A DNA stretch of 64,000 bases from Patescibacteria group bacterium (lineage in GTDB: Bacteria; Patescibacteriota; Minisyncoccia; Phycocordibacterales; UBA918). The stretch lies in NCBI GenBank assembly GCA_038065355.1, contig JBBTRC010000008.1:5406-69405 (forward strand). Reading direction: 5' to 3'. Both the position numbers and the translations under genes were made by a program. Each line of letters begins with the position of its first letter. The stretch's first letter is position 1. The notes under the pieces were generated by a model. That model was given only the letters and a program-made list of their open reading frames with translations. It did not search any database and was not told the DNA's origin. Shown piece by piece: positions 20,414 through 31,057 of the stretch.

Positions 20414-20653
20414 ATGAAAACAGTTCACATCTACTCATCACCCACTTGCCACTTCTGCCATATGACAAAAAGTTTCTTTCAAGCACACAATGTTGAGTTC
20501 ACCGATCACGACGTCGCTACCGACCCAAACGCCATTAAAGAGGCAGTCGCAAAGTCGGGCCAAATGGGCGTACCGGTCATTGATATTGATGGACAGATCG
20601 TTGTTGGTTTTAACGAACCAGAACTGCGAAGATTATTAGACATTAAGGACTAA
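20414..20653 (+). CDS. Glutaredoxin-like (NrdH/YruB) protein
   Basis: CHFC, SGQMGVPV, VGF. Confidence 0.92.
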   Translation: MKTVHIYSSPTCHFCHMTKSFFQAHNVEFTDHDVATDPNAIKEAVAKSGQMGVPVIDIDGQIVVGFNEPELRRLLDIKD

Positions 20654-20660
20654 TACGACT

Positions 20661-21164
20661 ATGAAATTTTCAGTGCCAATTATTATTGGAGTCATTGTGC
20701 TGGTGCTTGGCATCGGCTATCTGGCCACCAACTCACCCAGCCAAGCGCCGGTCACAACCGCGACACCAGAAAAAACAGTGGCGCCAGAATCAAGCCCGAT
20801 TGAATCTCCACCTGTCACCGAAAGCACGACGCCGGGAGACGTTGCGTCGGTGACGGCACGAGGTACCTATACCCCTTATGATGCAGAAAAGATTGCCGCC
20901 AGCACGGCCGATCATATTCTCCTTTTCTTCCACGCCACCTGGTGTCCAAGCTGTCGCGCCTTGGAGGCTGATATTGTCGCAAAGGCCGCGACTATCCCTG
21001 CCGGCGTCGAAATATACAAAGTAGACTACGACACCGCGACCGCCCTCAAGCGAAAATACGGCATCACCACCCAGCACTCGATTGTTGAGATTGATGCAAG
21101 TGGGAACGCCAAGAGTAAAGTAACTCATCCGCTGACGCTCGCCGGCGTACTCGCCACCATCTAA
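20661..21164 (+). CDS. Membrane-anchored thioredoxin
   Basis: FHATWCPSC; N-terminal TM. Confidence 0.9.
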   Translation: MKFSVPIIIGVIVLVLGIGYLATNSPSQAPVTTATPEKTVAPESSPIESPPVTESTTPGDVASVTARGTYTPYDAEKIAASTADHILLFFHATWCPSCRALEADIVAKAATIPAGVEIYKVDYDTATALKRKYGITTQHSIVEIDASGNAKSKVTHPLTLAGVLATI

Positions 21165-21166
21165 AT

Positions 21167-22852
21167 ATGACACTGTTCCTTGTATCATTCATCGCCGGAG
21201 TCCTCACTGTGCTGGCTCCGTGTATTCTGCCGCTCCTGCCGGTTGTGATAGGCAGTAGTGTGGGGGCACGCAGTAAAGCAACGCCGTACATTGTGATCGG
21301 TTCACTCGCGGTGTCGATCCTGCTTTTCACCTATCTTCTCAAAGCTTCAGCGGCGCTCATAGATATTCCGCAGTATGTGTGGGGCTACATCTCTGGCGGC
21401 ATCTTGCTGGTGTTTGGTCTCATTCTCATTTTTCCGCAATTATGGGAGCGTCTGCCGTTTATGGCCAAAACGAGCGCCAGTGCCAATAAGCTTGTGGGAG
21501 CTGGTTATCAAAAGAAAAGCGTCTGGGGTGATGTGCTCATTGGCGCCGCTTTGGGGCCAGTCTTCTCATCCTGCAGTCCGACGTATTTTGTGATTCTGGC
21601 CACGGTCCTGCCGGCGAGCTTTCTCTTGGGCACTGCCTACCTCTTGGCGTACATTGCCGGTCTCGTCTTGGTGCTCATACTGATCGCCATCCTCGGACAG
21701 CGTCTCACGAACAAACTTCAAATCATGGCCGACAGCCACGGCATAGTGAAGCGCGCTATCGGACTTCTATTTCTCATTGTCGGTCTCTTCATAGTGACCG
21801 GCTATGATAAGAAATTTGAAACGTGGATACTCGACCAAGGCTACAACAGCGGCATACTCCAGATTGAACAGCGACTCCTTGACCGCGTCGACACACCGAG
21901 CGAAACGTCGGTCAATAACACAAACACCGTGAACAAAAAAGACACTGATCAAAACAAGCAACCGAGCATCAGAGTACCCGCTCCACTGACACGAAATTTT
22001 CCCGACACAGATTTCAGCCAGGCCGACCCGCGACTAGAGGGTGCAATCTCAGGCGGCCCAGCCAAAGATGGGATTCCGGCCATCGACTCCCCGAAGTTCG
22101 TGCCGCTCGCGGAATTCAACCGTCCCGACAGCGTACAAGCTATTGTGCTTATCGGCGAACAAGAAACCAAAGTCTATCCATACAATATCCTCACCTGGCA
22201 CGAGATCGTGAACGACGAAATCGACGGCACGCCAGTCGCCATTACCTTCTGCCCGCTCTGCGGTAGCGCCGTCGTGTACAACCGCACTCTCCCAGACGGC
22301 ACAGTGAGTACCTTTGGCGTGAGTGGCTCCCTACTTGAGAGCAATATGATCATGTATGACCGAGCCACCGAAAATCTCTGGCAGCAAAGCACCGGCCAGG
22401 CGCTCGCTGGTTCTTTCTACCCGGCTGAACTCACTCGCGAATCATTCCAGCTCCTCACCCTTGGTGAAGTGAGAAGTGAGCACCAGAAGGCCGTGGTTTT
22501 AAGTGAAAACACCGGCCACTTCCGCGACTACGCCCGCAACCCGTACGCCGGCTACGAGACCGACGATAATTTTGTATTTAATCCAAGCAACCTCGACACT
22601 TCGTTTCCGCCGAAGACCATCATGGCCGTCTTTCGTGCCAACGACACTACCTTCGCGACACCGTGGCTGAAGCTTCGTGAAGTTGGTTCGGCTACCCAAA
22701 CTTCAGGCGGCATCACTTACACCCTCACCGTCACAGACAATGGCGAGCTCACCATCACCGACGTATCCGGCACTACTTACCCTTTCTACTTCGAGATGTG
22801 GTTTAGCGTTGCCGTACAACACAAAGAAGAGCTTCAGGTTATTCAACCATAA
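21167..22852 (+). CDS. CcdA/DsbD-like membrane domain fused to DUF3179
   Basis: LAPCILPLLP and FSSCSP in the TM part; GGPAKDGIPAID, WHEIVND, TFCPLCGS in the C-terminal part. Confidence 0.88.
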   Translation: MTLFLVSFIAGVLTVLAPCILPLLPVVIGSSVGARSKATPYIVIGSLAVSILLFTYLLKASAALIDIPQYVWGYISGGILLVFGLILIFPQLWERLPFMAKTSASANKLVGAGYQKKSVWGDVLIGAALGPVFSSCSPTYFVILATVLPASFLLGTAYLLAYIAGLVLVLILIAILGQRLTNKLQIMADSHGIVKRAIGLLFLIVGLFIVTGYDKKFETWILDQGYNSGILQIEQRLLDRVDTPSETSVNNTNTVNKKDTDQNKQPSIRVPAPLTRNFPDTDFSQADPRLEGAISGGPAKDGIPAIDSPKFVPLAEFNRPDSVQAIVLIGEQETKVYPYNILTWHEIVNDEIDGTPVAITFCPLCGSAVVYNRTLPDGTVSTFGVSGSLLESNMIMYDRATENLWQQSTGQALAGSFYPAELTRESFQLLTLGEVRSEHQKAVVLSENTGHFRDYARNPYAGYETDDNFVFNPSNLDTSFPPKTIMAVFRANDTTFATPWLKLREVGSATQTSGGITYTLTVTDNGELTITDVSGTTYPFYFEMWFSVAVQHKEELQVIQP

Positions 22853-22862
22853 CAAAACACAT

Positions 22863-22970
22863 ATGAACGAACCAAGCGAACCATTTGTCTGCGCGATGTG
22901 CAAAAAGATCCACACCAAAGAGAGCACGGCGTGTAGTGAATGGTGTGATGAGCCAGCCAAACAAAAATAA
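22863..22970 (+). CDS. Tiny Cys-rich protein (35 aa)
   Basis: MNEPSEPFVCAMCKKIHTKESTACSEWCDEPAKQK; follows the operon by 10 nt. Confidence 0.5.
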   Translation: MNEPSEPFVCAMCKKIHTKESTACSEWCDEPAKQK

Positions 22971-22981
22971 TATCTAAGCCC

Positions 22982-23131
22982 ATGGAACAGAAAAAAGAAT
23001 CATATCAATGTCCGGTCTGTACGCTACACTACCCGACAGAGGGATTAGCCAAGTCCTGCGAAGCCTGGTGCTCAGCTCACAATAGTTGTAACTTAGACAT
23101 TATCCAACACGCGACTAAGCCGCTTAGCTAA
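22982..23131 (+). CDS. Tiny Zn-finger-like protein (49 aa)
   Basis: Not in track. MEQKKESYQCPVCTLHYPTEGLAKSCEAWCSAHNSCNLDIIQHATKPLS. Confidence 0.65.
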   Translation: MEQKKESYQCPVCTLHYPTEGLAKSCEAWCSAHNSCNLDIIQHATKPLS

Positions 23132-23174
23132 CTCGCCATTCCTAAAAGAACTAATTGAGACATTGTGTGAAATA

Positions 23175-23564
23175 TCACTGAAACGCTATCTCAAACTCAT
23201 ACATTCCCATTGAGCAGAGACCTTTGAGCGTTGTTCCGGCTTTTTGTGGCTGAAGTTCAATGTCCATCACACCCGACGGCGGCAGATTTTTTTGATAGTT
23301 CAGTGACGGGATGGTAAGCGCTGACGAACAATCAAAGGTCCCTGTCGTTTCTACACGAAGTGTCGTTGGGGTGTCAGCCTTGGCTTTTGAGAAACGTGGA
23401 AAGTATCCACCCTTGGCAGAGATTGAGACAATCTGTTTCCCGGCTTCGCTGGCCACGTTATCGACTGGTGGTGAATTGGCAGGTGCAGTTTTGTTTTGTG
23501 TCAGGATAAAGGCAGAGAGCACGAGCGCTCCACTAATAATGATCGCAATGATAGTTGGTTTCAT
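23175..23564 (-). CDS. Cupredoxin-domain protein
   Basis: GGYFP, DCSSAL.IP, CSMGMY. Confidence 0.85.
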   Translation of the reverse strand: MKPTIIAIIISGALVLSAFILTQNKTAPANSPPVDNVASEAGKQIVSISAKGGYFPRFSKAKADTPTTLRVETTGTFDCSSALTIPSLNYQKNLPPSGVMDIELQPQKAGTTLKGLCSMGMYEFEIAFQ

Positions 23565-23566
23565 AA

Positions 23567-24586
23567 TTAGAAGCTAAATAACGAGGGGGTAATACCAGCG
23601 GCCACCAGGCCATAGTGGAGATTGAAGATACCGAAGAAGATCACGATAAGACCCGCAGTCTTGAAGAAGATACCAGAGCGTACCTTGGTGTGAATGGTGA
23701 GGGAGCTGAATGAAAGAAGCGCCAATACCGGCAGTGTGCCGAGCGCAAACACCAACATCGTGAGCGCACCCGGAAGGAAACTTCCTGTTGTGAGCGCGTA
23801 TATCTGCATGGATTGGGTAAAGCCACAAGGCAAGAAGAAAGTCGCCACGCCAAGTAATGTTGGTGTAAGAGTGTGGTTTACCTTCCTCAACTCTTGTACA
23901 TGGTCTCCGATAAATCGCGGCAAAGTCGGTTGGAGTTTTTTTGTCCACGGGAAGACATCGAGGAGATTAATACCAAGAATCAAGAGCACAACGGCAACAG
24001 TGATACTAAGCACAAACGTCCCTGCGATTCCAATTTTAAATACTGAACCAAGTGCACCAATGACTCCACCCAGTACAAAGAACGAGGCGAGGCGCCCGGC
24101 GTGGAAGAACAATTGTGGACGAATCTTATCGCCTTCTTTCGCGTAATTTGCAGACACAGAGAGCACCAGCCCTCCCACGACCGCCATACAGCTGGAGACA
24201 GAGGCGATCATACCGATAATGAAGGCGGTACTGTACGAGACATGGGAAGTAGTCACGAGATTCACAAGACCGAGCTTTTGGATGATGAGGAAGAACGCTA
24301 TAAACCCAAACGCTATAGGAATCGCCACACCAAACTCGTGCCACTTCGCGGTGTGTGTTTGTTTTTCCGGTGTCAGCGTATATCCGTGCGACTTTGTCAC
24401 CGATGTTAACTCGTGTGCAATCTCCTCAAGCGTTTTTTTGCCAAAGTCGCCGGTGATTTCTACATGGTTGTGTTTGAGTGAAGCTTTCGCCTGTGTGATG
24501 TGCGGTATGTCGGTGAGTTCTCCTTCAATAAGCATTGGACAGGAAGCACAGTGCATGCCGCTGACGTGGAGTGTGCATGTTTTCAT
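23567..24586 (-). CDS. HMA domain plus DsbD_2/TauE-like membrane protein
   Basis: GMHCASC, SSCMAVVGG, LPCGF, FALGTLP. Confidence 0.88.
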   Translation of the reverse strand: MKTCTLHVSGMHCASCPMLIEGELTDIPHITQAKASLKHNHVEITGDFGKKTLEEIAHELTSVTKSHGYTLTPEKQTHTAKWHEFGVAIPIAFGFIAFFLIIQKLGLVNLVTTSHVSYSTAFIIGMIASVSSCMAVVGGLVLSVSANYAKEGDKIRPQLFFHAGRLASFFVLGGVIGALGSVFKIGIAGTFVLSITVAVVLLILGINLLDVFPWTKKLQPTLPRFIGDHVQELRKVNHTLTPTLLGVATFFLPCGFTQSMQIYALTTGSFLPGALTMLVFALGTLPVLALLSFSSLTIHTKVRSGIFFKTAGLIVIFFGIFNLHYGLVAAGITPSLFSF

Positions 24587-24588
24587 AC

Positions 24589-26883
24589 TCAGAGTTTCTT
24601 AGCCTTAAGTCGAAGCGAGTTCCCGACCACCGACACACTGGAACTGGCCATCGCAAATCCGGCAAAAACAGGACTCAAAAGCCAGCCAAAAAACGGAAAG
24701 AAGATTCCGGCAGCTAGGGGAATTCCCACAATATTGTAGACGAAGGCAAAGAAGAGATTCTGTCTGATGCCCCGCATGGTGAGCTTGGAAAGCCGGATCG
24801 CTTTCACTAGCTTTCCGATATCTCCATTGAGGAGCGTGATGCCGGCCGTCTCGATGGCTACGTCCGTCCCCGTCCCCATTGCTATGCCGACATCTGCTCC
24901 GGCCAGTGCCGGCGCGTCATTTACACCGTCTCCTGCCATGGCGACGATGTGGCCGTTCTGTTGGAGTTTGCGGATGTGGGTCAACTTTTCCGATGGCAGC
25001 ACTTCGGCTACCACAACGTCAATTCCCACTTCTTTGGCGATTGCATCAGCCGTCTCTTTGTTGTCGCCCGTCAACATAGCCACCTCGATCCCGAGTGCAT
25101 GAAGATTCTTCACAGCGGCAACTGCCTCCGGCTTAATGGCATCAGCCACAAATACCGTTGCAAGAACGGCACTTGCAGATGCGAGAATCACCGGTGTCTT
25201 ACCCTCTGATGTTTCCGTGAGAATTGTTTTTTTGTCAAAGGCAAGATTCAAGTCAGCAATGAGTTTTAGATTGCCCGCAAAGTACTCTACCCCACCAATC
25301 ACTCCTTTCAGTCCTTTACCTTTTAAGATGGTAAAATTTTCGACTGGTTTTTCTTCGTAACCCTTTGCCTTTCCGTATTCAGTGATGGCATGCGCGATTG
25401 GGTGTTCTGATTTTCGTTCCAAAGACAAGAGGAGCGACCCGATTTCATCGTCCGAATGAGTGGAGTGGTTGTGCATACCGACAAGTTCTGGTTTGCCTTT
25501 CGTAATCGTACCGGTTTTATCGACTACTACAGTATCTACTTTGTGCAACTTTTCCAGTGTGGCTGCATCCTTTATCAGGATGCCTTCCTTGGCTCCTTTG
25601 CCGACACCCACAATGATGGCAGTTGGCGTAGCGAGCCCCAAGGCACAAGGACAGGCGATGACCAAGATACCCACAAAAGAAGTGAGTCCGTACGTGAGCG
25701 CTTGTGCAAAGCCGAGCGTTGCTGTGCCAAAGAGAAGCCAACCAGCGAGCGTTAAGAAAGCAAAAACCAGCACCGACGGGACAAACACGCTCGAGATCTT
25801 ATCAGCCAAGGCTTGTATTGGCGCTTTGCTTCCCTGTGCCTCTTCGACCATTTTAATGATGCTCGCGAGGAGCGTTTCTGAACCAACTTTGGTGGCTGTG
25901 AAGGTAAAAGTGCTGTTGGTATTAATAGTCCCTGCGACCACATGGTCACCAACAATTTTCTCAACCGGAATTGGTTCCCCAGTCACCATCGACTCATCAA
26001 CGAACGATGCTCCATCAACAATACTGCCGTCAACCGGAATCTTTGCTCCGGGTTTAATGACGACGCGGTCGCCATGGACTACCTGATTGATGGGGACTTC
26101 CATTTCGATTCCGTTCTTCAGCACTAGCGCTGTTTTGGCCTGGAGATTGAGAAGTGCTTCGATGGCATCGCCTGTTTTAATTTTAGATTTTGTCTCCAGA
26201 TACTTACCGAGCGCAATGAAGGTAATGACAACGATCGTAACGTCGTAGTACGAATCTTGCACATTCACATACTGCGAAAGCGGCATCTCAAGCGCGGTAA
26301 CGAGAAAACTGTAGAGATAGGCAACCGAAGTTCCAATTCCAATGAGACTGTCCATGTTTGCACTGCCATAGCGGAGAAAACGGTAGAAACCGAGTAGGTA
26401 AGGTTGCCCTACCACAAAGAGCACGTATGTAGCCATAAGCGGCATGAGGTGATGCACAAACTCAGATACCGTCTCTGACATTGGTGCCACGAGATCTAAT
26501 TCCGTAAAAATATCCCACCCCATCACCAAAATGCTAAAGAAGGCGAGTGGCAAAGCGCTAAATACTTTTGTCTTTAAGTCAGCGAGTTCAGCGAGCTTTT
26601 CTTTCTTTGTTTGGTTGAGTCCTAAATGCGCCGCATGTTCGTTGTCTGACATGCCCATTTCCGATGCAGTTGGCACAGCAAATGAGTACCCTAAAGGCTC
26701 AATCTTTTTAGACAAGTCGGTGATCTTGGCAACGGTCTCATCGTGATCAATTTTGGCGGATTCGGTGCCATAGTTTACTTCAACCGAAGCGACGCCGTCT
26801 GCTTTTTTAAGTGTTCGTTCAATGACACTGGCACAGGAGGCACAATGCATTCCTTTGATTTTGTAAGTATGAATTTTTCCCAT
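24589..26883 (-). CDS. copA: Cu(I)-translocating P1B-type ATPase
   Basis: [37 protein letters not shown] and MASSS. Confidence 0.96.
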   Translation of the reverse strand: MGKIHTYKIKGMHCASCASVIERTLKKADGVASVEVNYGTESAKIDHDETVAKITDLSKKIEPLGYSFAVPTASEMGMSDNEHAAHLGLNQTKKEKLAELADLKTKVFSALPLAFFSILVMGWDIFTELDLVAPMSETVSEFVHHLMPLMATYVLFVVGQPYLLGFYRFLRYGSANMDSLIGIGTSVAYLYSFLVTALEMPLSQYVNVQDSYYDVTIVVITFIALGKYLETKSKIKTGDAIEALLNLQAKTALVLKNGIEMEVPINQVVHGDRVVIKPGAKIPVDGSIVDGASFVDESMVTGEPIPVEKIVGDHVVAGTINTNSTFTFTATKVGSETLLASIIKMVEEAQGSKAPIQALADKISSVFVPSVLVFAFLTLAGWLLFGTATLGFAQALTYGLTSFVGILVIACPCALGLATPTAIIVGVGKGAKEGILIKDAATLEKLHKVDTVVVDKTGTITKGKPELVGMHNHSTHSDDEIGSLLLSLERKSEHPIAHAITEYGKAKGYEEKPVENFTILKGKGLKGVIGGVEYFAGNLKLIADLNLAFDKKTILTETSEGKTPVILASASAVLATVFVADAIKPEAVAAVKNLHALGIEVAMLTGDNKETADAIAKEVGIDVVVAEVLPSEKLTHIRKLQQNGHIVAMAGDGVNDAPALAGADVGIAMGTGTDVAIETAGITLLNGDIGKLVKAIRLSKLTMRGIRQNLFFAFVYNIVGIPLAAGIFFPFFGWLLSPVFAGFAMASSSVSVVGNSLRLKAKKL

Positions 26884-26951
26884 ATATAACTAATGCTATC
26901 AGTAACAAGCGGAGTGTCAGACTATGACACACTCGCTGCCTCGCGACAGCA

Positions 26952-27341
26952 CTAGTACAGCTTGGGGTTGAGAATACCGTTTGAAAACGCTTCCTCTAAG
27001 AAATTGAATTGCGTCCTGTGTTTTTGTTTCCGTATTTTGAATCGTGTCGCGCCTCGGGGCGGAGAAAAGAAACCGAAAAAAGTAGCCAAGACGAGAGCGG
27101 AAGAAATTAGAAAAAGGAGCAGTGCCGAATCAGAAGTGAGCGTAACACCACTAAGAAAGCTTTGCGAGGCCGCAACCATTTCAAGCGGACTCATCAGACA
27201 AACAGAGATGCCGGGCATAAATGGACAGTCAGCCGTATCGCCACTCATATTCATCATGTGATGAGTGATACCCAGCGATCCTGCCACCAAAAGAGCCCCA
27301 ACGAGGAGTGCTAATGCGGAGTTGAGGTTGAATATCTTCAT
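26952..27341 (-). CDS. Hypothetical His/Met/Cys-rich membrane protein upstream of copA
   Basis: HHMMNM..CPFM..C; C-terminal FSNGILNPKLY. Confidence 0.7.
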   Translation of the reverse strand: MKIFNLNSALALLVGALLVAGSLGITHHMMNMSGDTADCPFMPGISVCLMSPLEMVAASQSFLSGVTLTSDSALLLFLISSALVLATFFGFFSPPRGATRFKIRKQKHRTQFNFLEEAFSNGILNPKLY

Positions 27342-27398
27342 AGACGTTAATGAAATTGTATCATTTGCGAGCGACAAACGCTCACTTTTAATAACAGC

Positions 27399-28178
27399 TC
27401 ATTCTTTCTTTGTCTCAATTTTGAGTAGCAGCGGTGCGTGATCAGAAACTTCATCAGGCAAAACTTTGAATTCTTTCACTTCTATCTCTCTAGAAACAAA
27501 GATGTAGTCAGCGAATTTTTCAGGCTTTGTGTAGTAAGAAGTTCTGGTGGAAGTAACACCTGTTTCCTTGATGAGATTTCTTAGACCGGTATCTTCCAGG
27601 ATTTGAATACTTTGAGTATTTGGGAGAAGATTAAAATCTCCACACATCACAACGTTTCCTTGAAGGGTTTCAATGAATTCTTTTATCTTATTTGACTGAT
27701 TCAACCGATCTTCGGAGTCGCCTTTTCCCCCTCCACTCCAAAGTCCGTGGAAATTTATAACCGTCAGAGACGTGTCATTAAATTCTGTCGTGATGAACTG
27801 AATGTTACGGGCGTGATTCCCAACATCACCTTCGGGTATATAGCCCTTGTGTTTATGCACGAAAATTTCCCCCTCGACCTTCACTTCAATATTTTTCTTT
27901 ACAAGCATTAAAAGACCGTAATGATCGCCATGATGTGGTCTAAAGTATGGAGTAAAGTCAGATAGAAGCAAGGTGATTTCCTGAAGACCGTGGTCCATGA
28001 TTTCAGAGTGGTTGATCTCTTTGCCACCAGCTTTATAACCCTCCAAGTGGTTGTAGGGAGCAGACCAGATTTCCTGAAGACAAAAGATGTCGGTGTCGTT
28101 TTTGTGCTCCTTGAAAAAAGAAAGTAGTCCCTCCTTTCCTGCGCGGCCGCCCCACGTGTTTAAGCTAATAATTTTCAC
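27399..28178 (-). CDS. Endonuclease/exonuclease/phosphatase (EEP) family protein
   Basis: SLN, LQE, GDFN, DYIF, SDH; GTG start 6 nt after TATAAT. Confidence 0.92.
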   Translation of the reverse strand: MKIISLNTWGGRAGKEGLLSFFKEHKNDTDIFCLQEIWSAPYNHLEGYKAGGKEINHSEIMDHGLQEITLLLSDFTPYFRPHHGDHYGLLMLVKKNIEVKVEGEIFVHKHKGYIPEGDVGNHARNIQFITTEFNDTSLTVINFHGLWSGGGKGDSEDRLNQSNKIKEFIETLQGNVVMCGDFNLLPNTQSIQILEDTGLRNLIKETGVTSTRTSYYTKPEKFADYIFVSREIEVKEFKVLPDEVSDHAPLLLKIETKKE

Positions 28179-28339
28179 GCTTTGATTATATCGCATTTAG
28201 CACAGAACCACTCTGGGCAGTTTTGCGCTTTCGCGCACGTCTCGTGCGCGATGACTTCACATTACTAGGCTGTCAGAACAAGGCTATTCTACCGAGAATG
28301 TTACAAATGTGACATGAGAAGGCTTTCGGCAAAATATCG

Positions 28340-30751
28340 CTAGAATCTCGTCCCTTGAAGCTTGATGAGATTCGTAATTCTCTGCTGGGATATCGGTCCG
28401 AAGTAGCCGACAGCCGGAACGATAGCTTGAGCCTTCTGGAAGGTGATCACAGCATTCTGTGTCAGCGGTCCGAAGAAGCCGGTGACGAGCCCTTCGGGAT
28501 AATAGCCGAGTTTCGCGAGGTGCGATTGGAGAAGTGACACGTCTTGTCCGCTCATGCCTAGTACCAGATCCCGATCCCAGTAGTCGTGGAGCTTCTTAAA
28601 TGGAGTGACATGCTCAATAGTCGAAACTTTTTGGAGTTTATCGAGCGTCGCCCTATCCGCGATACCGGTCTGGGGCAGTTTGTATTTTGTCTGGAAGCGA
28701 ACAAGTGCCGAAGATGTCAATTGTCCATAGTATCCGGTTACCAAGCCTTCGGGATATATTTTCGGTTCTGATGCCAAAAGAACTTGGAGGTGAGAGATCT
28801 TCTTGCTGGTGTCGCCTGGCGTGAGTGCTTGATCGAACGTATAGATAGGCGTTCGTTGAACTACTGCAGGAACGATATCGATCGCCGTCTGCGTTATGCC
28901 GGATTTTGGAACAACGGTATATTCTGTCGGCTTGGAATAATTACCAAGCTGATCGACGCGAAAAACTGAATAGTAGTAAGTATTGTCATTGGACAGTCCG
29001 GTATCAGTGAACCGGCCCGATGTCCCCTTGTATACGGTAGTGCCATCAAATGGCGTTGCCGGGTGATGACCGGCTTTCTTCACGATGACTGTCTTGACTT
29101 TGCTTGTTTCAGGAACCGCATTCCAAAGGAAGAGTGCTTGGGAATCAAGTGGCGAGACGTTCGTCACGCCTGATGATCCGGTGGTGAACCTGCGCCTGCC
29201 ACCGCCCCTTGAAGATCGAGGTGCGGGAGAAGATACTGCGGGTGGATTTACTGTTGAATTGGCTGGAGTTGAAACATTCGAACTTGCTGCGGCAGTCCTG
29301 AATGTCATGTTTTCATACACGCTTTCATTGCCCGCCGTATCCCAAACTACCGGCTGAAAATTGTACGTCGTGTTCGGCGTAAGGCCAGAAAGGACATGGC
29401 GATGCGCCGTCAAAAGATTGGTATGGCCATTATCGGTATATCCATATGCCGTTGTTGCACCGTAGTAAAGTTCTCCGGCGGCACCCTCGTTGGTATTCCA
29501 GATGATAGAGACCGTTGAAGTGCCGACTGATTCCACTTGGACGTTTGATATCACGGGAGCTGGATCAACGATTACTTGCTTGAAAAGCGTTGTGAATTCA
29601 TATCCTGATTTTGTGACGGTCTGTCCTCGCGAATTTGTGGAAACTACTTTGTAGAAATAGACCGTGCCAGGTGTCAGACTGGTGAGCTTCACCGTGTGGG
29701 AAGTCTCTGAACTTGAAATGAGAGGCGAGGACTGAAGATGACTTTCTGTTTTTCCATAAAAAACCTGGGTCGTTGCCGCCTCGTTCGTCGTCCAGATTAT
29801 TGTCGCCGTTGCGGTACTGACCGATGCGGTTTCGACCTCCGAAATGGCAAAAGCTGGCGAAGGTGTCGAGCCGCCTCCCGAAGATCCATTTGTTGTCGTT
29901 GATGTGGTGTTTGTGGAATCGGTAGTCGTCGCGGTCGGCGTTGGTTCAGGAGTCGGCTCAATCGAAGAGGCGTCATCGGTCGTAAACATTTCGTCTGGAG
30001 ACGAGAATGTATTCCCTGCTTCGTCGGCAACCACAACACGATAGTGGTATACCGTTCCGGCACTCAAGTTTCCAATGTTGGCGGAATGGTTGGTCGCATA
30101 ATCAGCCGCAACCGGCGTTTGTGATCCGTAGTTTTCCGTAAGGCCATATTCCACTTTTCCCTGGGCAAGCTCATCGGTGTCCCAACCAATCGTCGCTCCG
30201 CTGGTGGTGATGTTGGAGATAATAATATTTTGGATTTCTGGCGGAACGTTATCGGCTGCCACTAATTCAACAGAAGTCTCGAGTGTCCTATCTTGCGAAT
30301 AGCTTGTGTTCCCAGGCTCATCTGTCGCAACAATACGATAGTGATATACCGTGCCAGCGGTAAGTCCGCTGATGGTCTGGCTGTGCTCAAGGGCAAGCGG
30401 GGTGTCGCCTGTGGTTTGTCCATAACTTGTAGTCTGACCGTATTCGATATGCCCCGTGGACATTTCATCAGTTGTCCAAACAATTGAACTTTCGGTTTCG
30501 CCCGCAGAGACGGTGGCAACAGAAATAAAAGATGGTCCTGCGGTATCAGTAGGAGTGATGATTTCTTCGACAACAGGTGTCGGATCGGGCTCTGGGTCCG
30601 GCACTGGCTCTTCTACGGGTTCAGAAACCGGTTCTGCGGCTGTCGTGGTGTCAGTGGTCGGAGCTGTGGCATCAATCTCTGCGATCGCAAGTGGAGAATG
30701 AAAAGCAATTAGAGCGAATACTAATAAAAGACTCGCGATTTTTTGTTTCAT
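28340..30751 (-). CDS. Secreted FN3-repeat protein with two peptidoglycan-binding domains
   Basis: Four W(T/D/N)T(D/N)E..YG..H..L..GT.Y repeats; GY(Y/F)G.LT..A..FQ motifs. Confidence 0.88.
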   Translation of the reverse strand: MKQKIASLLLVFALIAFHSPLAIAEIDATAPTTDTTTAAEPVSEPVEEPVPDPEPDPTPVVEEIITPTDTAGPSFISVATVSAGETESSIVWTTDEMSTGHIEYGQTTSYGQTTGDTPLALEHSQTISGLTAGTVYHYRIVATDEPGNTSYSQDRTLETSVELVAADNVPPEIQNIIISNITTSGATIGWDTDELAQGKVEYGLTENYGSQTPVAADYATNHSANIGNLSAGTVYHYRVVVADEAGNTFSSPDEMFTTDDASSIEPTPEPTPTATTTDSTNTTSTTTNGSSGGGSTPSPAFAISEVETASVSTATATIIWTTNEAATTQVFYGKTESHLQSSPLISSSETSHTVKLTSLTPGTVYFYKVVSTNSRGQTVTKSGYEFTTLFKQVIVDPAPVISNVQVESVGTSTVSIIWNTNEGAAGELYYGATTAYGYTDNGHTNLLTAHRHVLSGLTPNTTYNFQPVVWDTAGNESVYENMTFRTAAASSNVSTPANSTVNPPAVSSPAPRSSRGGGRRRFTTGSSGVTNVSPLDSQALFLWNAVPETSKVKTVIVKKAGHHPATPFDGTTVYKGTSGRFTDTGLSNDNTYYYSVFRVDQLGNYSKPTEYTVVPKSGITQTAIDIVPAVVQRTPIYTFDQALTPGDTSKKISHLQVLLASEPKIYPEGLVTGYYGQLTSSALVRFQTKYKLPQTGIADRATLDKLQKVSTIEHVTPFKKLHDYWDRDLVLGMSGQDVSLLQSHLAKLGYYPEGLVTGFFGPLTQNAVITFQKAQAIVPAVGYFGPISQQRITNLIKLQGTRF

Positions 30752-30755
30752 ATTT

Positions 30756-31055
30756 TTATTTTTTGGTCTGGGCTTCCATTTTTAGAAGCTTCTTGGCGAT
30801 GATGAAAATAATGAAGGCCAGGATAAGAAAATTGAACAGCTCGGCCGCAAAAGAGCCGATGGCGATGTTGATTGGACCGATATGCCACAGCGCTTCTCTC
30901 CACGATTCAGCACCCATGAGAGGTTCGGCAATCGGCATCAGCACGTCTTTTACCAGTGATTCAACCAATGCCGTGCTTGCCGTACCCATCACAAAGCCGA
31001 CTGCCAAAGCAATGACGTTGAACTCTTTTAAAAACTTGGCAAATTCTTTAAGCAT
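30756..31055 (-). CDS. mscL: Large-conductance mechanosensitive channel (short)
   Basis: MLKEFAKFL..NVIALAVGFVMG..LV.SLV.D..MP. Confidence 0.9.
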   Translation of the reverse strand: MLKEFAKFLKEFNVIALAVGFVMGTASTALVESLVKDVLMPIAEPLMGAESWREALWHIGPINIAIGSFAAELFNFLILAFIIFIIAKKLLKMEAQTKK

Positions 31056-31057
31056 GG

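Noticed and set aside
29840-29990. Thr/Pro/Ser low-complexity repeats in the FN3 protein
   Set aside because: Ordinary linker of a surface protein.
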